Below the pieces are notes generated by a model, which searched no databases, was not told the DNA's origin, and worked only from the letters and a program-made list of their open reading frames with translations. From a virus (taxonomy: Duplodnaviria > Caudoviricetes), in the IMG/VR virus record IMGVR_UViG_3300024272_002379: a stretch of 64,000 nt of DNA; one strand, written 5' to 3'. The position numbers and the translations under genes are program-made. Of this stretch, positions 1-9,688 are shown piece by piece. The stretch's first letter is position 1; each line of letters begins with the position of its first letter.

Positions 1-165
1 AAGTGTACCGATTAGAGATATTAGTGATGATAACGAATGTGAATGCTGTGGCGATTGCAATTGTGAAAACGAAAACCATAATGGTTCCAATATCATCAAG
101 CCTCATGTATTTAATGCATCACAAAATGAAGACGAAGACATGAGAGACTCTCTTAAAGAGGATAA

Positions 166-194
166 TTGACATCAATAATCATACTCTATATAAT
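166..194 (+). promoter_or_regulatory. sigma-A/70 promoter upstream of RNA island
   Basis: TTGACA 166-171, 17 bp, TATAAT 189-194. Confidence 0.75.
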
Positions 195-310
195 CTTTTT
201 ATTAGCCCTGGCGGGCTAATTAAGGTGTTTGGTGTGATATGATTTTCCATTAAAGTTTTCCGCATTGAACTTTGGCACAGCCTTTCCCTAAATCAATGCG
301 GACTCTTTCT

Positions 311-685
311 GGGCCTGTAATGGTATCGACAGGGGCATGAAAGTTATGAGTTCGTCCGAGTGGTGACGCTATCACCAACTTTAAAATTAAACGCAAACAG
401 ACCAATGTTAGCGGCTGCCTAGTTGCAGCTACCAAAACACAGTAAGATATTGCTGGTAACTGTTGAGGTTCAAAAACTAGCATAGTATAAGAAGTTCTCT
501 GTATACAACTTAGTGAACAGAGTGGTGGAGCAAGTAAGAAACCTTACTAGCCTAGTATCTCAGGTCTGGAAGACGATAGCCAGTGAGTGAAAGCTGAGAT
601 GAAATAACTCATTTAAGTTCGTAACGACGTAAAGACTTATAATGAATAATGTTTTTGGACACGGGTTCGACTCCCGTCAGGTCCA
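311..685 (+). ncRNA. ssrA: tmRNA, tag ANRPMLAAA* (393-422)
   Basis: 5' GGGCCTG pairs with 3' CAGGTCC-A with G3.U70; T-arm ACGGG-TTCGACT-CCCGT; GCA resume codon and Ala-rich tag. Confidence 0.95.
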
Positions 686-713
686 CTCTATATTACTATA
701 AGGAGACACAAAT

Positions 714-1499
714 ATGAAATTTCAAAAGTTTTTGGTAACTGCTCTTCTGTTAACTTTAGTTTTATATTCTACATATTATTGGAATGAACAAAGTAAAACA
801 GAAATCATACAAGCCGTTAACCAGTCTAGTAATGAAATATTAGAAAAAGAAAATAAAGTTGAAACCATAGTAGAAACTGTGTACATAGACAGAAAAGATA
901 GAGACCATGAGAATTACTCTATTCTTCAACTTGATGTAAAAAGTATTTCTCAGCTTCCAGAGCTTCCAACTGGATGCGAAGTTACATCATTAGCTATTGT
1001 TTTAAACTACTTAGGATATGAGGCAGATAAAGAAATTCTTGCTGATACATATTTACCTAAAGGACCAATTGGAGAGACCCATCCCGACGTGGCTTTTATA
1101 GGTAATCCTAGAGATGCTTATGCTTATGGTGCTAACGCACCTGTATTGGTTAAAACTGCAAATGATTATTTAGCAGATATGAAATCCGACTATAAAGCTC
1201 ACAATATTACTGGTACAGATTTTAAAGACTTACTTAGTTATGTAAATGATGGTTATCCAGTAATGATATGGGAAACAATTGGTTTTCTTGAACGTTATCC
1301 ATCTACAAAATGGGTTATTGACAACAGAGAGTTTCAGTGGTATGCTAATTTCCATTGTATGGTGTTAATTGGTTATACAGATAGTGACTATATCTTATTA
1401 GACCCTCTGGATGAAAAGAATGAAGTTCATTTTGTAAATAAAGAACTTGTTGAAAAACGATATGACGAGCTTGCAAAGCAGGCTATTGTTATATATTAG
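714..1499 (+). CDS. C39-like peptidase (YvpB/C39_2 type), N-terminal membrane anchor
   Basis: QLPELPTGCEVTSL, HCMVLIGY, DP motifs. Confidence 0.85.
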   Translation: MKFQKFLVTALLLTLVLYSTYYWNEQSKTEIIQAVNQSSNEILEKENKVETIVETVYIDRKDRDHENYSILQLDVKSISQLPELPTGCEVTSLAIVLNYLGYEADKEILADTYLPKGPIGETHPDVAFIGNPRDAYAYGANAPVLVKTANDYLADMKSDYKAHNITGTDFKDLLSYVNDGYPVMIWETIGFLERYPSTKWVIDNREFQWYANFHCMVLIGYTDSDYILLDPLDEKNEVHFVNKELVEKRYDELAKQAIVIY

Positions 1500-1559
1500 G
1501 TCATAATTAAGACCATCCTTTTGTAAAAAGATTTTTATACGGGTCTCATCAACCCGTAT

Positions 1560-1634
1560 CGGAATGTAGTTCAGCTTGGCTAGAACGCTTGTTTTGGGAA
1601 CAAGAGGTCGCAGGTTCGAATCCTGTCATTCCGA
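1560..1634 (+). tRNA. tRNA-Pro(TGG)
   Basis: cloverleaf; CTTGT-TTTGGGA-ACAAG. Confidence 0.95.
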
Positions 1635-1843
1635 CTAAGACTTTTTGTTACCTCTAAGGCATTCTCTTATACGGGTTCCGTATGGGGGATATAAGGAGCG
1701 AGGCGAACCTGAATCTTCCAGTCTCTAAAGAAGAATGAAGTGGCGTTTATGGTTATTATTTCCTTTGTACGACAACAAAGAAATTTAATTCTTTTTCATT
1801 TTTTGGTGTTCCTTTAGGAATAAAGCTGTCTAACGACAGCTAA

Positions 1844-1923
<80 letters not shown>

Positions 1924-2010
1924 TTTTCAAAACGCCATAGTTTTGGAAAACCTCGTTTGTGTAAAAAATCATCGAACCTGGCAGTGTATAGGTTAACTGC
2001 CACCCCACAT

Positions 2011-2083
2011 GCCCCAATTGCACAGTTGGTAGTGCGACTGATTTGTAATCAGTAGGTCGGCGGTTCGAGTCCGTCTTGGGGCT
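2011..2083 (+). tRNA. tRNA-Thr(TGT)
   Basis: ACTGA-TTTGTAA-TCAGT. Confidence 0.95.
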
Positions 2084-2520
2084 TTGTTACATAAGCATTT
2101 ATGCCCTAAGTAGCAGATAGACATAAATGTGTAACAAAACGATGGTCTGCTATAATCGGTAAAGTTGTTCTATCCTGTATAGAGGTTATTGGGTCCGATT
2201 CAGGTAAAACTAACGAAACAGGACGATTTATTGGCGTACTTTAGTGAAAGCAGAGTCGAGTAACTAAAGAGAAAATCAATACCCAGTTCATCATTCTTTC
2301 TGGGTTACGTGAGACGTTAGTATGGTCTCGCCGTAAAGATTAAGCTGTGATATAGTATCAAAGCTATATTGCGGAATCAGGTAGGATATTTATATCAGAC
2401 CTAACGTATACATAAGTTAAAACGAAGGTAATCCAACAGTGAACCGCAGTACAGAAGGTGGGCCTAGTGTTTGTAATACAAAGTTAGACCGTGCGGGGCT
2501 AATGCATGTTTCTTATGATA
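2084..2520 (+). ncRNA. large structured RNA between tRNAs (possibly ROOL-like)
   Basis: ORF-free, many hairpins (TTGTTACA/TGTAACAA, ACCCAG/CTGGGT, GAGAC/GTCTC), tRNA-island context; family not verified. Confidence 0.45.
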
Positions 2521-2528
2521 CGGTATAT

Positions 2529-2611
2529 GCAGCGTTGTGATAATGGTAGTCGGGCGGTCTTGAAAACCGTTGTGTCGAAAGGCATTGGGAGTTCAAGTCT
2601 CTCACGCTGCG
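2529..2611 (+). tRNA. tRNA-Ser(TGA)
   Basis: GCGGT-CTTGAAA-ACCGT, long variable arm. Confidence 0.93.
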
Positions 2612-2750
2612 TTTGGCTAAGCATAGGTAGCCGTACCCAGATGACGAAACGACAGTCGTCATATAACAAGCCTATTGCAGTTTATCATGTACTAAACATG
2701 AAGGCTCTTCTGTTTTAGATGCCAGTCTGTGCAGGAGGGCCGAAGTCTCT

Positions 2751-2839
2751 GGAGTGTTACTCAAGTTGGTGAAGAGGGAACCCTGCTAAGGTTCTAGCGT
2801 CCATTATGGGCGGCGAAGGTTCGAGTCCTTCACACTCCG
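2751..2839 (+). tRNA. tRNA-Ser(GCT)
   Basis: GAACC-CTGCTAA-GGTTC, long variable arm. Confidence 0.93.
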
Positions 2840-3105
2840 TTAAGGCTGAAGTGCAATGCTAAATTTTTATGTAATAGCACGCCCGTAAAAGACGTTGAGG
2901 TTGAGGACAATGAGTATGGAAGTGGCCTTTCGAGGCCTAACACGAAAGTTTGACAATAAGTACCGAATGCATAAGATTGACCCATCTAAATGCTACGTCA
3001 GTGGGAGGAACTTATGTAAATACGTTGATACTACGAAGAAGTATCTGCTTGGAAAACGAATAGGTCATTCCCGTTTCTAGCATTTCTGTACGAAAACAGA
3101 ATTAA

Positions 3106-3199
3106 CGGAAGGTAGCCTAGTGGCTAGGCTTGTTGCGAAAAAACGGGTGAAAGCAACTGGAAACGCCGTTTGACGTGAGTTCGAATCTCACTCTTCCGT
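3106..3199 (+). ncRNA. tRNA-like RNA with pseudoknot replacing the anticodon arm
   Basis: acceptor CGGAAGG/TCTTCCG, D-arm, T-arm GTGAG-TTCGAAT-CTCAC; GTTGC/GCAAC crossing AAACGG/CCGTTT. Confidence 0.65.
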
Positions 3200-3379
3200 C
3201 TATATCATCAATATCAACTTACAACAGCCATGGTAATGTTGTGAGAGCGTCATAGGAAGACGTTCTTCCTACTTCAAAGAGACTGGAGTATGCAACAATA
3301 GCTGATGAGGCTCATGACCCCATAAATTGCAGGATAAATAAACAGCGTCTGCTGAAAGATGACAAAGATGATATTATTT

Positions 3380-3453
3380 GGACCATTAGCTCAGTTGGTC
3401 AGAGCGGTCGGCTCATAACCGATTGGTCCTTGGTTCGAGTCCAAGATGGTCCA
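3380..3453 (+). tRNA. tRNA-CAT, probably Ile2 (lysidine type)
   Basis: GTCGG-CTCATAA-CCGAT; GGACC acceptor like Firmicute tRNA-Ile2. Confidence 0.88.
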
Positions 3454-3503
3454 CTAAGAACTCAATACGCCTCTTAACAATGCGGACCACGTTGAGTCAA
3501 AAA

Positions 3504-3628
3504 CCTGGGGGAGCTGTGGCAAGCAGCCATCTGATAAATGGTGAGTTAAAATATGAAGATACTTTATATCGGCATATTACTATGGTGAAAACCCATTCAT
3601 TAACTAGGTTCGATTCCTGGCTCCAGGA
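3504..3628 (+). tRNA. atypical tRNA-Ile(GAT) with ~61-nt variable-region insertion
   Basis: acceptor CCTGGGG/CTCCAGG, anticodon arm GCCAT-CTGATAA-ATGGT, T-arm CTAGG-TTCGATT-CCTGG. Confidence 0.6.
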
Positions 3629-3783
3629 CTATAATGCCTAACGGCATTAATATGGAATAGAAACCCCAATCAATTCCGTGTCAAACGAATTTCAAGACTA
3701 CCAGGGGGAACCTAACAAGGCTGTTATTTGTGCTGCTTGTGGCGTTAGGCTGGTAGAAGTAACCTACCCCAATTACAATTAAA

Positions 3784-4488
3784 TATTGTGCTTTAAAATG
3801 CACACATATATCCTGGTGAAGATTGTTTAATCAACATGCCAGGGCATATCTACAGTAAGTATGAAATAATATTCGTTACAGGCTTAGCCAGTATGTTTAT
3901 TATGTAATACTGAGACGTATGAGAACATGGGATACTTTGTTCGGTAGTGCGTTTAACGGATATAAATCAAGTCCTAAGGACGTGGTGAAGTTCTGTTATG
4001 AAGAAGGGAACCCTTCAAACGATTGATATGGCGTAACTTATACATAACGATTAGTGTGACATGCTTTTGGTGAACAGAATAGACGCTCTCTGTGAGAGAA
4101 TAACCCTGGGAACTGGATGAGCTGGTAACTCATTACAGATGGCAGGGAATTACCAAACAAGTTCATTCGCTGTGATACCGAGACAACTCGGAGTATAACG
4201 AAAGCATAAGTCGCAAGTAGCCTAAGGCGATAAAAGAGAATATAACAGTGATAAGATGAATGAATGTATCATCAAAACATATTCTGAACGATTCGGGTGA
4301 AAGCTGGAGGTGCCAATCCTTCATGGGTTTTAGACTGATAAAAGGCTGTTAACCTTTATCAGTTGGGGCAAGAAGTATGGAAGTCATGAGCCATGCTCAG
4401 ACTTGTCTCCCCATTCGCATAATAAATCACAATGTATATTTTATAAGATGAATAAAAGTCTATATGGTGTGTGTTTTAAAGCACAATA
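3784..4488 (+). ncRNA. GOLLD-like giant structured RNA
   Basis: 22-bp terminal helix 3784-3805/4467-4488 (2 G.U), ~705 nt, no ORF, in phage tRNA cluster; 3' half resembles GOLLD as I recall it. Confidence 0.7.
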
Positions 4489-4507
4489 CTAACAGCAACG
4501 GAAACTA

Positions 4508-4536
4508 TTGACATTCCATTGCTGTTTTTGTATAAT
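4508..4536 (+). promoter_or_regulatory. sigma-A promoter
   Basis: TTGACA-17-TATAAT, 12 nt before tRNA-Tyr. Confidence 0.85.
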
Positions 4537-4548
4537 TACAATCAATTC

Positions 4549-4632
4549 GGGTAGGTAGACCGTAGTTGGTAGCGGGCCAGACTGTAAATCTGGTGCCTTC
4601 GGGCTCCGTTAGTTCGATTCTGACCCTGCCCA
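4549..4632 (+). tRNA. tRNA-Tyr(GTA)
   Basis: CCAGA-CTGTAAA-TCTGG. Confidence 0.93.
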
Positions 4633-4819
4633 TTTACATCAAGGACGGTTGGTGACAATTTATTTGTCAAAGGGATAAGGGCAATACATGTTACCGCTTA
4701 TCGTGTAGATGTGTAGTGCAAAGTGTATTGGTGTGAGATTGTTTCCATATTAGAGAAACAGCCAATCTTAAATGTGAAATATCTAATTAGAGAAGGATAA
4801 AGTAACAGCTTTGTATTAT

Positions 4820-4891
4820 AGAATATTAGCTTTAACGGCAAAAGCACACGGCTGATAACCGTGGTCAGCGGTTCGACTCCGCTATATTCTG
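4820..4891 (+). tRNA. tRNA-Ile(GAT)
   Basis: CACGG-CTGATAA-CCGTG; AU-rich acceptor AGAATAT/ATATTCT. Confidence 0.85.
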
Positions 4892-5112
4892 TTCTTTGTG
4901 AGTGTGACTACTTACAATGACCTAAAACGGCTCGTAAACTTGTAGAAAGGGCAGGCCGACGGGTAAGAGTGCCGCAAGTACCAAATAACCCTGAGGGTAA
5001 AACTGGGTTCGCCTCTTTTTGAGCACGGGATGCAGAAAAGAATAGACATCTCTCAAAGTTTAGGTAAATAAACAGCTTAGGTTGGTAACCTCTTAGTCAG
5101 AAATAACCATAT

Positions 5113-5185
5113 TGGGTATTAGCTCAGTCGGCAGAGCACATGGCTGTTAACCATGGTGTCGTAGGTTCGAGCCCTACATACCCAG
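5113..5185 (+). tRNA. tRNA-Asn(GTT)
   Basis: CATGG-CTGTTAA-CCATG. Confidence 0.95.
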
Positions 5186-5487
5186 TTTAAATCAAACTGA
5201 AACGAGTCAGGCCCAATCGCTCGATTAAGTATGTGAGGAAAGTGAGGTTGGTTGCCAGCTTACTCAAGACTTCGTGTGCTTGAGGACAGCCCATTTATGG
5301 GTCCCCACTGGTTGTAAAATGTCTTCGCATTTAAAGTGGTGTTGTAAAATACATTCCGCTTAATCTTTAGTTTGGTTTTATTTGGAGAGACATGTTGTAG
5401 CGGTTTCTACGTATGTACAAAGGCTCTGGACAAGTCTTATTTTTTGAAACAGCAAGCGTGCGATTATCAGGTTAGTCTCTCCAGTAT

Positions 5488-5561
5488 AGCGGGGTAGAGC
5501 AGTCAGGCAGCTCGCAAGGCTCATAACCTTGAGGTCATAGGTTCAAATCCTATCCCCGCCA
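5488..5561 (+). tRNA. tRNA-Met(CAT), initiator-like
   Basis: 1:72 A/C mismatch, GCGGGG acceptor, CAAGG-CTCATAA-CCTTG. Confidence 0.88.
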
Positions 5562-5636
5562 CTCATGAAAACAAGTGATTGTTTTCTGATATCAGGCATT
5601 TATCGGGTTCGAATAGATGTAGGTATTGTTTTTAAT

Positions 5637-5668
5637 CCCCAGTCGAAAGGCTGGGGTATTTTATTTTT
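5637..5668 (+). terminator. intrinsic terminator ending RNA island
   Basis: CCCCAGTC-GAAA-GGCTGGGG then T-rich tail. Confidence 0.8.
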
Positions 5669-5759
5669 GTTGACATTATCTAATCGCTGTGATATATAGT
5701 ATTTATAGGCATAGAGAGCTTATTACAGTATATTTCACTTAGAGAGGAGATTATCAATC

Positions 5760-6038
5760 ATGAACAAAACAGAATTAGCAAAAGCTATTGTAGCTGATAA
5801 TAGCTACAACATTACTCAGGCATGTGCAGAAGAAATGATTAATTCATTCATCAGCAATGTAAAGAAAGAAGTAGCAGCAGGTAACAAAGTACAGTTAATC
5901 GGATTTGGTACATTCGAATCAGCAGAAAGAGCTGAAAGAACAGGCAGAAATCCACAGACTGGAGCAGAGATGACTATTCCAGCTTGTAAGGTTCCAAAGT
6001 TCAAAGCAGGACAGGCATTCAAAGATGCTGTTAAATAA
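5760..6038 (+). CDS. hup: HU DNA-binding protein
   Basis: MNKTEL, GFGTF, GRNPQTG, PKFKAG. Confidence 0.95.
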   Translation: MNKTELAKAIVADNSYNITQACAEEMINSFISNVKKEVAAGNKVQLIGFGTFESAERAERTGRNPQTGAEMTIPACKVPKFKAGQAFKDAVK

Positions 6039-6113
6039 TTAAAGTACATATAAGACAGGACATGTTTCGCAAGATTCATGTCCTGTTTTTGTTTTATACA
6101 AAGGAGGTAACAA

Positions 6114-6530
6114 ATGAAATCATTAGAACAAATCAAAGAAAGTCAGAGACTTATAATTTCAAGAACAGGTGTAGACGGTGGCATGGGCGAGATTCACATG
6201 CCACAATGGAAAGGTAGCGTTATTTGGAGTTTTGGTGGTGGTTGGGACCATGTTTCGGTATGCCCATACAAGTCCAACGTAACACCATCATGGGACGATA
6301 TGTGCAGATTAAAAGACATTTTCTTCAATGATGATGAATGTGTCGTACAGTATCATCCACCTAAAACTGAATATGTAAATAATGCAACTAACTGTTTGCA
6401 TTTATGGAGACCAATTGACGTAGAAATGCCACAACCACCATCTATTATGGTAGGTATTAAAAAAGGCCAGAGTATGGCAAGTGCAAGAACCGAAATAAAC
6501 AAATTATACGAGGAGGCATATCATGAATAA
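6114..6530 (+). CDS. conserved phage protein
   Basis: WDHVSV..PSWDDM..HP..YVN..CLHLW pattern; RBS. Confidence 0.7.
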   Translation: MKSLEQIKESQRLIISRTGVDGGMGEIHMPQWKGSVIWSFGGGWDHVSVCPYKSNVTPSWDDMCRLKDIFFNDDECVVQYHPPKTEYVNNATNCLHLWRPIDVEMPQPPSIMVGIKKGQSMASARTEINKLYEEAYHE

Positions 6531-6999
6531 AGAAATACAAAGCAAAATAGAAATGTGTAGCAAATTGCTTATCATATGGTTTGGACAGGAACGAGACGGT
6601 GTAGATTTTTCCAATCATGATAAAGAGATTAAACAGTTATTCATCTCTCAGGTTTTGCTAAAAAGATTTGAAGTATTTGGTATTAACATTGTTATACCTG
6701 ACCCTTTATTAGCTATCTTATCATGTTGTACGGATAGCAATCCAGGTCAATCTCAGGTTATCCTTAAAGATTTACTGAATCATATTAAGAAAATAAAAGG
6801 TCCAATTCCAGATGGTTATGTTATTCAAAGTATGGACTTCAGTTTGTGCTTCCCTATGAATTTTCCTATTACTGAAATTCCAGAAGTTAATGCTAAATAT
6901 GAATCTATGTGGATTGGTCAGAAAATTGAAAGAACTGGTACTTTTTCATCGGATAATTTATGCGATACTCCTGAATGGTGGAAGGAGGTAATGGAATGA
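6523..6999 (+). CDS. hypothetical protein
   Basis: ORF with RBS, coupled. Confidence 0.7.
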   Translation: MNKEIQSKIEMCSKLLIIWFGQERDGVDFSNHDKEIKQLFISQVLLKRFEVFGINIVIPDPLLAILSCCTDSNPGQSQVILKDLLNHIKKIKGPIPDGYVIQSMDFSLCFPMNFPITEIPEVNAKYESMWIGQKIERTGTFSSDNLCDTPEWWKEVME

Positions 7000-7208
7000 T
7001 AGTAGTTTTAAAAGGAATCATTGGTAGAGGAATTAACGGCGTTGCAGAAATGCGTATAACAACTGATGATGAAATTGACCTTACAAAACCAGTTGTTAAA
7101 TTTAAAGGTGAAATTGAACGCATGGATAGTTACTGGAAAGACCATCCACTTGCAGGAGAAAGAGTATTTACCGTAAAAACAGACAATATTGTATGTTTAG
7201 TAGATTAG
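6996..7208 (+). CDS. hypothetical protein
   Basis: GGAGG RBS, start moved to 6996. Confidence 0.65.
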   Translation: MIVVLKGIIGRGINGVAEMRITTDDEIDLTKPVVKFKGEIERMDSYWKDHPLAGERVFTVKTDNIVCLVD

Positions 7209-7217
7209 GAGGTTAAT

Positions 7218-7559
7218 ATGGCAGATTATACACAAGACTGTTGGAAGTGCCATTGGTGTTGGCTGGGAAGATGTATGGACGGCTCTCACTATGGACAGGA
7301 TGTTTCCGTTAAAAAAGACCAGCCAAAAGACTGCCCAGCATATATTACCAAAGAGGAATGGAATAAAACTTATGTACCACCTATGAAACAAGAACGTTGT
7401 ATGGAACTTTTAAATGCAATGATTGACAACCTATCGGTTGCCGAAAAGTATTCAGAAATTATTAAGCACTTACTTCATATTGGATTTACAAAAGAAGAAC
7501 TGATTAATTACTTTAATTTTACTGAATCGGATATAGAAGAAGCTCTAACAAACAATTAG
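7218..7559 (+). CDS. hypothetical Cys-rich protein
   Basis: CxxCxxC N-terminus, RBS. Confidence 0.7.
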   Translation: MADYTQDCWKCHWCWLGRCMDGSHYGQDVSVKKDQPKDCPAYITKEEWNKTYVPPMKQERCMELLNAMIDNLSVAEKYSEIIKHLLHIGFTKEELINYFNFTESDIEEALTNN

Positions 7560-7572
7560 TAGGAGGTATTAT

Positions 7573-7776
7573 ATGAAAGACCGTATTTCATTTAACATGA
7601 CAAATGGCGATGTATATCGAGACATACACACTATTAATGGAACAAAAGTGAGTACTTTAGAAACTCATCGAGATTTGTCAGCAATTGTCGATTCATGCGA
7701 TAGGATATGTATTGAGTTTTCTCATTCAGGCAGTGCTATCGTTAAAACATCATGCATTTCCTCTATTAATTTATAA
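7573..7776 (+). CDS. hypothetical protein
   Basis: RBS AGGAGG. Confidence 0.65.
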   Translation: MKDRISFNMTNGDVYRDIHTINGTKVSTLETHRDLSAIVDSCDRICIEFSHSGSAIVKTSCISSINL

Positions 7777-7787
7777 GGAGGTACGCA

Positions 7788-8543
7788 ATGAAAAAACATC
7801 TTTATACAGTACTGACCTTTATGGTCATTCTCGTAATATGGTACAATGCATCATTGATTGCAAATCCATTATTCATTCCTAATCCACTAGCAGTGTGGAA
7901 TGATTTTAAAATACTTGTATCAGATGGCTCTATCTTTATTCATCTTATTTATACCTTCAGGAGAATTATGGTTGCTACATGCTTATCAGGACTTGTCGCA
8001 CTACCGTTAGGGTTATTGGTGCGTAATTTCAAAATAGCAAAAGCAACCATTTATCCTGTAATTATGCTATTACGTTATATACCTGTAACAGCATTCTATC
8101 CATTGCTTATTATGTGGGTTGGTATTGAAGAGGAAATGAAAGTAGCTTTTCTGTTTATCGCATGTTTTGTTTACATGCTCCCATCAGTAGTTCTTGCTCT
8201 TGATGAAGTAAACGACCAGCTTATTGATACAGGATTGACTATTGGAATGAGTAAATTACAAACTATCACCAGAATTCAATTACCATCTACATTACCTAGT
8301 ATTATGAACAGTTTTGTTATGATGGTTGGTATTGGCTGGACATATTGTGCAGTAGTAGAAACAATCAATGCCAAATATGGATTAGGCTACGTAATCCATC
8401 AGGCAACCGCTAGAGGTAAAACTGATTTGGTATTCATGGCTATTATTGCCATTATGATTGTTAGCTTTGTGTTTGATAACACTTGTAAATTTTTAATCCA
8501 TAAGGTATTTAAATGGAGGTACGTTAATGATAAAACTAAATAA
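7788..8543 (+). CDS. ABC transporter permease (NitT/TauT/SsuC family)
   Basis: multi-TM, EAA-like loop, VVE..GLGY. Confidence 0.9.
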   Translation: MKKHLYTVLTFMVILVIWYNASLIANPLFIPNPLAVWNDFKILVSDGSIFIHLIYTFRRIMVATCLSGLVALPLGLLVRNFKIAKATIYPVIMLLRYIPVTAFYPLLIMWVGIEEEMKVAFLFIACFVYMLPSVVLALDEVNDQLIDTGLTIGMSKLQTITRIQLPSTLPSIMNSFVMMVGIGWTYCAVVETINAKYGLGYVIHQATARGKTDLVFMAIIAIMIVSFVFDNTCKFLIHKVFKWRYVNDKTK

Positions 8544-9123
8544 TGTATCAATAGGCTACAATTGTCTTGCAATTCGGAAAGATTTAAATTATAATTTCCA
8601 TCAAGGTAAGATTTATGGAATCTTAGGAGAATCAGGTTGTGGCAAGACAACATTGTTAAAGACCATTGCTGGATTAATAAGACCCGTGAAAGGCTCAATA
8701 AGATGTGATATTCCTAAAAGAGAAATTTACATGATGCACCAGTCTTACACATGTTTTGATTGGTTATCATGCTTAGATAATATCTTGATAACGGAACGCA
8801 TCAAACATCATAAAATTACGGACGAAATTAGAAATAAAGCAATGGAAATGCTTAAGGCTGTTGGTCTTGAAGACCATGCAGACAAATACCCAACACAGTT
8901 ATCTGGCGGACAGAGACAAAGATTAGCGTTAGCACGCACGCTATTCACTTCACCTAGACTGATTTTAATGGATGAACCATTATCAGCATTAGATGAAGAA
9001 ACCCGTACAGCAATGCAGGATTTAATCCTGGATATACATAAGAAAACCTATAACACAATCATCATGATTACACATAGCAAATCCGAAGCGGATAAAATGT
9101 GTGATGAGATTATTAACTTTTAA
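8527..9123 (+). CDS. ABC transporter ATPase
   Basis: GESGCGKT, LSGGQ, DEPLSALD, H-loop. Confidence 0.95.
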   Translation: MIKLNNVSIGYNCLAIRKDLNYNFHQGKIYGILGESGCGKTTLLKTIAGLIRPVKGSIRCDIPKREIYMMHQSYTCFDWLSCLDNILITERIKHHKITDEIRNKAMEMLKAVGLEDHADKYPTQLSGGQRQRLALARTLFTSPRLILMDEPLSALDEETRTAMQDLILDIHKKTYNTIIMITHSKSEADKMCDEIINF

Positions 9124-9137
9124 GGGAGGACAAAACA

Positions 9138-9686
9138 ATGGCTAGTTTTCTTGAAAGAATGGGCTTAGTTGAAAAAACTGAAGAAGAAACATTCGACTAC
9201 GAACCAACTGAATATGAAGTAGAAACAGATGAATCTGTTGATGTAAACCTTGAAGGAGTATCCAAAGAAAATTTACAGACAAATCTGATTTCTGAAATTT
9301 ACAATGCGAATGGACTGTCTGATATGTCTAATTCTATTTTTAAAGCAGAAGAAATCAGCAAGAGTTTACCAGCTACAATGACAACTGAAGCAAAGAAAGC
9401 TTCTGTAGTAGGTATTCTTGGTTCATTCGGTCTTACAGTCGAAGGATTAATCGAAGATGCATCCACAAGAGCATTTATGCTCGGAGGAGCAGCAACACGT
9501 ATTACAGAAGATAATACAGCAGTTATTAACGCAAAGAAATTAGAAATCGAAGAAGCGAAAAAGCTTATCGAACAGTGCGAAAAGACAATCGCAGAACATG
9601 AACAGGTTATCGCTACATCCATGGATTTAATCGAGGATGAAGTAAAGCGTATCACTGGTCTTAAAGAATTTTTAGGAGGTAAGTAA
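9138..9686 (+). CDS. coiled-coil protein of ABC/PspA module
   Basis: ORF in operon, C-terminal heptads. Confidence 0.75.
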   Translation: MASFLERMGLVEKTEEETFDYEPTEYEVETDESVDVNLEGVSKENLQTNLISEIYNANGLSDMSNSIFKAEEISKSLPATMTTEAKKASVVGILGSFGLTVEGLIEDASTRAFMLGGAATRITEDNTAVINAKKLEIEEAKKLIEQCEKTIAEHEQVIATSMDLIEDEVKRITGLKEFLGGK

Positions 9687-9688
9687 TT

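Noticed and set aside
3301-3362. CTGATGA ... GAAA as a hammerhead ribozyme
   Set aside because: Could not build stems I-III around the core
2506-3641. Short + ORFs (2506, 2895, 3423) in the RNA island
   Set aside because: They overlap tRNAs or structured RNA and lack an RBS
5233-5245. GAGGAAAGT as RNase P RNA
   Set aside because: The following CC and the 3' P4 partner strand are missing, and the unit is too short
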